Assembly (NCBI GenBank): GCA_040830765.1
Contig: JBFOMH010000037.1
Span: 1 to 47,035, forward strand
Length of the DNA: 47,035 nt
Reading direction: 5' to 3'
Source: Puniceicoccaceae bacterium
GTDB lineage: Bacteria > Verrucomicrobiota > Verrucomicrobiia > Opitutales > Oceanipulchritudinaceae
The translations under genes were made by a program, and so were the position numbers. The notes beneath the pieces are model-generated. The model saw only the letters and a list, made by a program, of their open reading frames with translations, did no database searches and was not told the origin of the DNA. This document shows, piece after piece, positions 42,019 through 47,035 of the stretch; positions within the stretch are counted from its first letter, which is position 1; each line of letters opens with the position of its first letter.

Positions 42019-42957
42019 ATGAGCGAAGAAGAAAAGAAGAATACTCCGGTCGAGGAGACTCCCGAGGAAACCAAACCTGTGGAGGAAGCTCCCGTCGAGC
42101 AGGCGGCAGAAAAAGCGCCTGTGGAAGAAGCCGCTGCAGAGGAAGCCCCGGTCGAGGAAACTCCTGCCGAGACGGAAGAAGCAGCTCCTGCTGAGGAGCC
42201 TACCGTTGTCGCCGAGGAAGCTCCTGTCGCTGAGGAAGCGCCGGAAGCCAAGGAAGAGCCAGCTGCCGAAGCACCGGCGGAAGTTGCTGCGCCGGCAATC
42301 AAGGTCCCGACGGTTCAACCCGATGCGGATGCAGACATTGTTGCCTCCAAGCCGGACTCCAAGGAGCGCCAGAGTGCTGTTATTGGTTCGGTCGACCGGC
42401 CCATGGCCAAGAAGCAGGGCCGCCGCGGCGGTTTTGGTGGCCAGCGTCGTCCGGGTGGTGGTCGTCGCTTTGGTCAGCAGGCACCGCAGGAAGAAGAAGA
42501 GGATGCCCTTTTTGAGAAAGTCGTTCACATCAACCGCTGCGCCAAGGTCGTGGCCGGTGGCCGTCGCTTCAGCTTTGCCGCCCTGGTGGTCGTTGGCGAC
42601 CAGAATGGCAATGTAGGCGTTGGATACGGCAAGGCCAAGGAAGTCCCGGAGTGTATTCGCAAGGGGACAGAACAGGCCAAGAAGAACATGGCTCCGATCG
42701 CCATGCGCAACAACACCATCCCCCACGAAGTGCTGGGTGAGCATGATGGAGGCCGTATTCTTCTGCGACCGGCCGTTCCTGGTACCGGGGTCATCGCTGG
42801 CGGTGGTGTTCGTGCCGTTCTCGAAGCAGCCGGGGTCAAGGATGTCCTGACCAAGAGTCTGCGCTCCAACAACCCAGGTGCGATGGTTTTTGCCACCCTC
42901 GATGCCCTGCAGCAGCTGCGGACGCATGAAACAATCCAGAAACTGCGCAAGGCCTGA
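42019..42957 (+). CDS. rpsE: 30S ribosomal protein S5 with ~160-aa N-terminal extension
   Basis: Core [21 protein letters not shown] and GTGVIAGG starts near residue 165. ATG 42019 has an AAGGA SD and lies 15 nt after the rplR stop. Confidence 0.95.
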   Translation: MSEEEKKNTPVEETPEETKPVEEAPVEQAAEKAPVEEAAAEEAPVEETPAETEEAAPAEEPTVVAEEAPVAEEAPEAKEEPAAEAPAEVAAPAIKVPTVQPDADADIVASKPDSKERQSAVIGSVDRPMAKKQGRRGGFGGQRRPGGGRRFGQQAPQEEEEDALFEKVVHINRCAKVVAGGRRFSFAALVVVGDQNGNVGVGYGKAKEVPECIRKGTEQAKKNMAPIAMRNNTIPHEVLGEHDGGRILLRPAVPGTGVIAGGGVRAVLEAAGVKDVLTKSLRSNNPGAMVFATLDALQQLRTHETIQKLRKA

Positions 42958-42996
42958 ACAGCCCACGAATGCAGGATTAATTAAGGAAAACAGATC

Positions 42997-43494
42997 ATGA
43001 GATTACACAATTTGATCAAGAGCGGCGGTCGCAAGGATCGCAAGCGTGTGGGTCGAGGTGAAGGCGGAGGCCGGGGCAAGACCTCGGGACGTGGTCATAA
43101 GGGCCAGCGTTCCCGCAGTGGTTTCGGCCTGCGTCCGGGTTTTGAATCGGGACACGTGCCCCTCTACCGTAAACTGCCCAAGCGCGGTTTCAGCAACTTC
43201 CAATTCCGGACCGAGTACGCCGTTGTCAACGTCGGCGATTTGGAGCGGGTTGATGTAGAAGATGTGGACCGGAACGCCCTCATCAAGGCAGGCCTGGTTC
43301 GCACAAGCAGCAAGCTGGTCAAGATTCTTGGAGAAGGTGAACTCAGCAAGGCCCTGACGGTGACTGCTGACAAATTCTCCGCCAGCGCGAAGGAGAAAAT
43401 TGAAAAGGCGGGAGGCAAGGCCATCCTGTCCAATCAGGAAGCATCCGAGGAACCCGCGGCGGCCGGTGATGAGCCGGAAGCTGATTCCGAATAA
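42997..43494 (+). CDS. rplO: 50S ribosomal protein L15
   Basis: GKTSGRGHKGQRSRSG, GFESG and LPKRGF motifs; acidic C-terminal tail. Confidence 0.98.
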   Translation: MRLHNLIKSGGRKDRKRVGRGEGGGRGKTSGRGHKGQRSRSGFGLRPGFESGHVPLYRKLPKRGFSNFQFRTEYAVVNVGDLERVDVEDVDRNALIKAGLVRTSSKLVKILGEGELSKALTVTADKFSASAKEKIEKAGGKAILSNQEASEEPAAAGDEPEADSE

Positions 43495-43540
43495 CCGCCA
43501 CACTCCAGCTCCGTATTAACCCAGGATAACGCGACCCGCC

Positions 43541-45046
43541 ATGATTTCCGCCTTCGTCAATGTCTTCAAGATTCCCGAACTGAGGGATAAAATCTTCCTC
43601 ACGCTCTTTCTATTGTTCATTGCGCGTGTTGGAGCCAATATCCCCCTACCTGGTCTGGATCCGACTCCTTTGCAGTCGTTTTTTGAAGCACAGAGCCGTT
43701 CTGGCGGTGGAAGCCTTCTGGGGCTCTACAACATGTTTACGGGGGGTGCCCTTCTGCGTGGGGCTATATTTGCCCTCGGCATCATGCCCTATATCAGCGC
43801 TTCCATTGTCTTCCAGTTGTTGACGGCCGTTGTTCCGAGTCTGGCCCGGTTGCAGCAGGAAGGGGAAGTCGGTCGCCAAAAGCTGACCCAGTACACCCGT
43901 TATGCGACACTGTTAATCTGTATCGTGCAGTCGATTCTGCTTATCCTGACCCTGCAGAATCCGGCACGGGTTTTCGGAGCTGAATTCGACACCCGGGTAT
44001 ACGGGGAAATCATTCTCCTCAGTCATGGCTGGTTCATGATTACCTCGGTCATCTTCCTGACCAGCGGAACCATCCTCCTGATGTGGATTGGTGAGCAGAT
44101 TACCAGCCGTGGTATTGGCAATGGCATCTCCATCCTCATCACAGTCGGTATTATCGCCGACCTGCCGGCAGCTTTCGCCTTGACCTACCAGTTGTTCACC
44201 GCGCCTGTCGGGGAAACGGCCCAACTCGGGCTTGGGGAGGGCATCCTGATGCTCATCTTCCTCTTCCTCGTCATTGCCGGCGTTGTCATGGTGACGCAAG
44301 CAGTGCGCAAGATTCCGGTGCAATATGCCAAGCGGGTTGTTGGCCGCAAGGTCTTCGGTGGCCAGAGCAGCTACTTGCCGCTCAAGGTCAACTACTCCGG
44401 GGTTATGCCGATCATTTTCGCTTCGGCCATCATGATGTTCTTCACGACCATCTTCTCCCAGTTGGGTGCGGCCGTAGGGGCCAATTGGCTGCGTGACGCC
44501 GGTTTCTGGTTCCAGCAGGGCAAGGCCAGCTACTACATGATCTTCGGTACCCTGATTTTTGCGTTCAGTTACTTCTGGGTCTCGGTGATGTTCAAGCCGG
44601 TCCAGATTGCTGACGACCTTAAAAAGTATGGTGGTTACGTCCCGGGTGTCCGTCCCGGTGAGCCGACTGCCCGCTATCTTGACTTTACCATGACCCGCCT
44701 GACCTTGGCCGGGGCCGCCTTCCTGACGCTGATCGCCATCCTTCCGGATGGGGTTCTCTTCAGCACGGGTGTTCCTTACCAGGCTGCCCAGTTCTTCGGT
44801 GGCACGGGTCTTCTGATTATTGTCGGGGTTCTCCTCGACTTCCTGCGCCAGGTTGAAACCTACCTCTTGCAGCGCCACTATGATGGATTCCTCAAGAAGG
44901 GCCGGATCCGTGGCCGCAGCCAGGGGCGGACCCGTCAGCTGGTCGATACTGTCGGCCTGCAGGAGGGCAAGACCCTCTGGCGCTGGCTCATCGTGATGTT
45001 CGTTTCCGGAATTATCGCCTGGGGCCTCAATTCCTATCTTTTCTGA
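43541..45046 (+). CDS. secY: Preprotein translocase subunit SecY
   Basis: FALGIMPYISASI, GIGNGIS, PLKVNYSGVMPIIFA, GVRPG and FGGTGLLIIVGV motifs. Confidence 0.99.
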   Translation: MISAFVNVFKIPELRDKIFLTLFLLFIARVGANIPLPGLDPTPLQSFFEAQSRSGGGSLLGLYNMFTGGALLRGAIFALGIMPYISASIVFQLLTAVVPSLARLQQEGEVGRQKLTQYTRYATLLICIVQSILLILTLQNPARVFGAEFDTRVYGEIILLSHGWFMITSVIFLTSGTILLMWIGEQITSRGIGNGISILITVGIIADLPAAFALTYQLFTAPVGETAQLGLGEGILMLIFLFLVIAGVVMVTQAVRKIPVQYAKRVVGRKVFGGQSSYLPLKVNYSGVMPIIFASAIMMFFTTIFSQLGAAVGANWLRDAGFWFQQGKASYYMIFGTLIFAFSYFWVSVMFKPVQIADDLKKYGGYVPGVRPGEPTARYLDFTMTRLTLAGAAFLTLIAILPDGVLFSTGVPYQAAQFFGGTGLLIIVGVLLDFLRQVETYLLQRHYDGFLKKGRIRGRSQGRTRQLVDTVGLQEGKTLWRWLIVMFVSGIIAWGLNSYLF

Positions 45047-45152
45047 CGGCTGTTTCAAAATGGCCGTACCTTTGTTCTTTCATACAGCTTACAACGCCTC
45101 CCGGCCCCAAAGCCGGGATCTTTAAAACGGAGTGGAGTTTTCGGAGAATCCC

Positions 45153-45926
45153 ATGATTCCGATTAAATCCGAGCACGAACTCGAAATCATGCGTACCGCC
45201 TGCCGTATCGCGGCAACGGTCCTTGATGAAATGTGCAAGCTCGTGGCTCCCGGCGTCAACACCTACGATCTGGACCAGTCCGGCAAGGAGCTCCTTGCCA
45301 AGTACGGGGCCCGCAGTGCCTGTTTTGGCTACCAGGTCGGCAGTAAGACCTTTCCCGCGTACACCTGCCTCTCAGTGAACGACGAAATCGTTCACGGGAT
45401 CGGCAACCTCAAACGGGTCATGCAGGAAGGGGACATTGTATCGGTTGACGTCTGTGTGGAGTACAAGGGATTTATTGGCGATAATGCGAGGACGGTTCCC
45501 GTCGGAAGCATATCCGGGGAAAAGGACAAGCTCCTCTCCGTTACCAAGGATTCCCTCCTTCAGGCCATCGCGGAAGCCCGTCCGGGCAACCGGGTGGGGG
45601 CTATCTCGAATGCCGTTGAACGGGCCGTCAGGCCGCATGGTTATGGAATTATCCGCGACTTTGTCGGTCACGGGGTGGGCCGTTCCATGCATGAACCGCC
45701 GCAGATCCCGAATTTCGGGCCCCGCAACCGCGGTGAGCGGTTGCGACCCGGGATGACGCTGGCTATCGAACCCATGATCGCCCTGGGCACACCCAAGGTG
45801 ATGATGGGGGATGATGGCTGGACGGCTCTGACCCTCGATGGTCGCGATGCCGCCCACTTCGAGCACACTGTCTTGGTGACCGCCGGGGAGCCGGAAATCC
45901 TCACGATTCCTGACCCTGGCCTGTAA
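45153..45926 (+). CDS. map: Methionine aminopeptidase type I
   Basis: CLSVNDEIVHGI, GDIVSVD, GHGVG..MHE.P, AIEPM and AHFEHT motifs. Confidence 0.97.
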   Translation: MIPIKSEHELEIMRTACRIAATVLDEMCKLVAPGVNTYDLDQSGKELLAKYGARSACFGYQVGSKTFPAYTCLSVNDEIVHGIGNLKRVMQEGDIVSVDVCVEYKGFIGDNARTVPVGSISGEKDKLLSVTKDSLLQAIAEARPGNRVGAISNAVERAVRPHGYGIIRDFVGHGVGRSMHEPPQIPNFGPRNRGERLRPGMTLAIEPMIALGTPKVMMGDDGWTALTLDGRDAAHFEHTVLVTAGEPEILTIPDPGL

Positions 45927-45946
45927 GCGCTTTTTTTCGGAAAGTC

Positions 45947-45987
45947 TTGACAAGGCTTTCCCTTGTAAATTCCGTCAACTCTTTTTC
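45947..45987 (+). promoter_or_regulatory. Putative promoter of the rpsM (alpha) operon
   Basis: TTGACA (45947-52), 17 nt spacer, TTCCGT, then CAACTCTTTTTC. Confidence 0.5.
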
Positions 45988-46053
45988 TGCCGTTCCAAAT
46001 CGGGGAGCGGCTGAATATATCTTAAGACTTCAACATCAACACGATCTGAAATT

Positions 46054-46425
46054 ATGCCACGTTTATTGGGTGTCGATATCCCCGGGAACAAAAAGATCCC
46101 GTATGCCCTCCGTTACATCTACGGAATTGGGCCCACACTTGCCGACCGTCTAGTCAAGGATGCCGGGCTCGATCCGGATGCCCGGGCCAACGACCTCGAC
46201 GAGGAGCAGTTGAATAAAATCTCCGAGGCGATTGTCCAGGAAGGCCTTCTTGTTGAAGGTGATCTGCGACGCGACGTCACGGCCAATCTGAAGCGCCTGC
46301 AGGCCATCCAGTGCTACCGGGGAATCCGGCATCGCCGTGGCCTCCCGGTCCGCGGCCAGCGCACCCAGTGCAATGCCCGGACGCGCAAGGGTCGCCGCAA
46401 GACCATCGCCGGCAAGAAGAAATAA
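46054..46425 (+). CDS. rpsM: 30S ribosomal protein S13
   Basis: IYGIG, EGDLRR and [17 protein letters not shown] motifs. Confidence 0.99.
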   Translation: MPRLLGVDIPGNKKIPYALRYIYGIGPTLADRLVKDAGLDPDARANDLDEEQLNKISEAIVQEGLLVEGDLRRDVTANLKRLQAIQCYRGIRHRRGLPVRGQRTQCNARTRKGRRKTIAGKKK

Positions 46426-46440
46426 TCAATTTTAACGACC

Positions 46441-47035
46441 ATGAGCGAAGAAGAAAAGAAGGAGCAAATCCAGGAAGAGACTCCGGCCGCGGAAAAGAAG
46501 GAGGAGACTCCGGCCGCGAAGAAAAAGGAAGAGACTCCGGCCGCGGAAAAGAAGGAAGAAGCGCCCGCGGCCACCGCCGAGGATGCCAAGTCCGAGGACG
46601 GTGCTGAAAAGCCTGAAGAAGAAGCCAAGCCGAGCCAGCCCACGGCCGCTGATCTCCTCAAGAGTGAAGTGGACCTGACCGTTCGCAAGGCCAAGGGAAG
46701 TAAGAATGTCACCAGTGGCACGGTTACTATCCTGGCTACTTTCAATAACACCAAGGTCACTTTTTCGGACAAGAAGGGTAACGTCATCTCCTGGTCCAGT
46801 GCCGGCAAGATGAACTTCCGTGGTTCCCGCAAGAGCACCGCTTACGCGGCCCAGGTGGTTACCCAGGATGCTGGCAAGGTAGCCCTGTCCCACGGGATGA
46901 AGGAAGTGGAAGTGCGCGTCAAGGGACCCGGCATGGGCCGCGACTCAGCCATCCGCGCCGTGCAGTCCCTCGGGATGACGGTTACCTCGATCGTCGACAT
47001 CACCCCAGTGCCGCACAACGGCTGCCGCCCCAAGA
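46441..47035 (+). CDS. rpsK: 30S ribosomal protein S11 with ~80-aa acidic N-terminal extension (3'-truncated; missing from the ORF track)
   Basis: Manual translation gives [20 protein letters not shown]...ATFNNTKVT...[18 protein letters not shown]...[12 protein letters not shown]...[12 protein letters not shown]. Confidence 0.97.
   Translation, partial: MSEEEKKEQIQEETPAAEKKEETPAAKKKEETPAAEKKEEAPAATAEDAKSEDGAEKPEEEAKPSQPTAADLLKSEVDLTVRKAKGSKNVTSGTVTILATFNNTKVTFSDKKGNVISWSSAGKMNFRGSRKSTAYAAQVVTQDAGKVALSHGMKEVEVRVKGPGMGRDSAIRAVQSLGMTVTSIVDITPVPHNGCRPK
46474..46572 (+). repeat. In-frame 27-nt tandem repeat (EETPAA[E/K]KK x3 plus a partial copy)
   Basis: GAAGAGACTCCGGCCGCGGAAAAGAAG is identical at 46474-46500 and 46528-46554, with a variant at 46501-46527 and a degenerate copy from 46555. 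Confidence 0.92.

Noticed and set aside
45047..45125. Hairpins after secY (ACGGCTG/TGGCCGT and TCCCGGC/GCCGGGA-TCTTT) as an ncRNA or adk remnant
   Set aside because: Short stems consistent with a weak terminator or stability element. No recognisable RNA family or Adk-like residual coding sequence.
45927..46053. Hidden small rpmJ (L36) or infA ORF, and the 45947-46153 ORF
   Set aside because: No MKV..S-like L36 or IF-1 sequence was found on reading the gap. The listed ORF starts at the TTG of the putative -35 box and overlaps rpsM out of frame.
46474..46572. 27-nt direct repeats as a possible CRISPR array
   Set aside because: The repeats are head-to-tail with no spacers, in frame within rpsK, and there are no cas genes in the window.

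Overview
Bacterial chromosomal window, most likely Verrucomicrobiota (Opitutae/Puniceicoccales-like). This placement is inferred from gene order and protein signatures, not from a database search. Positions 1-17.5 kb carry housekeeping and envelope genes: the 3' end of an oligoendopeptidase F, a class I fumarate hydratase, a UbiA-family prenyltransferase with a DprE1-like FAD oxidoreductase, Mpl, a family-4 uracil-DNA glycosylase, a DUF748/AsmA-like protein with an OmpA-like C-terminus, the split transhydrogenase pntAA-pntAB-pntB, and a tightly coupled TPR-ExbB-ExbD-TonB-like operon. Positions 17.6-47 kb carry the core translation/transcription supercluster: tRNA-Thr, tuf, tRNA-Trp, secE, nusG, rplKAJL, rpoBC, rpsLG-fusA-rpsJ, the S10 and spc genes, secY, map, rpsM and a truncated rpsK. 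I found no mobile element, CRISPR array or defence island. The best candidate for an uncharacterised system is the receptor-less TPR-ExbB-ExbD-TonB-like motor operon. The other notable signals are modifications of core machinery: long acidic tails on S5 and S11 that begin with an identical 21-nt sequence, loss of all four Cys ligands of the second Zn site in RpoC, a UDG missing two Fe-S ligands, a non-canonical EF-Tu switch I, an extra C-terminal TM helix on SecY, a recurring promoter motif, and candidate r-protein leader RNAs at non-canonical positions. Several of these may be lineage-wide traits rather than novelties.
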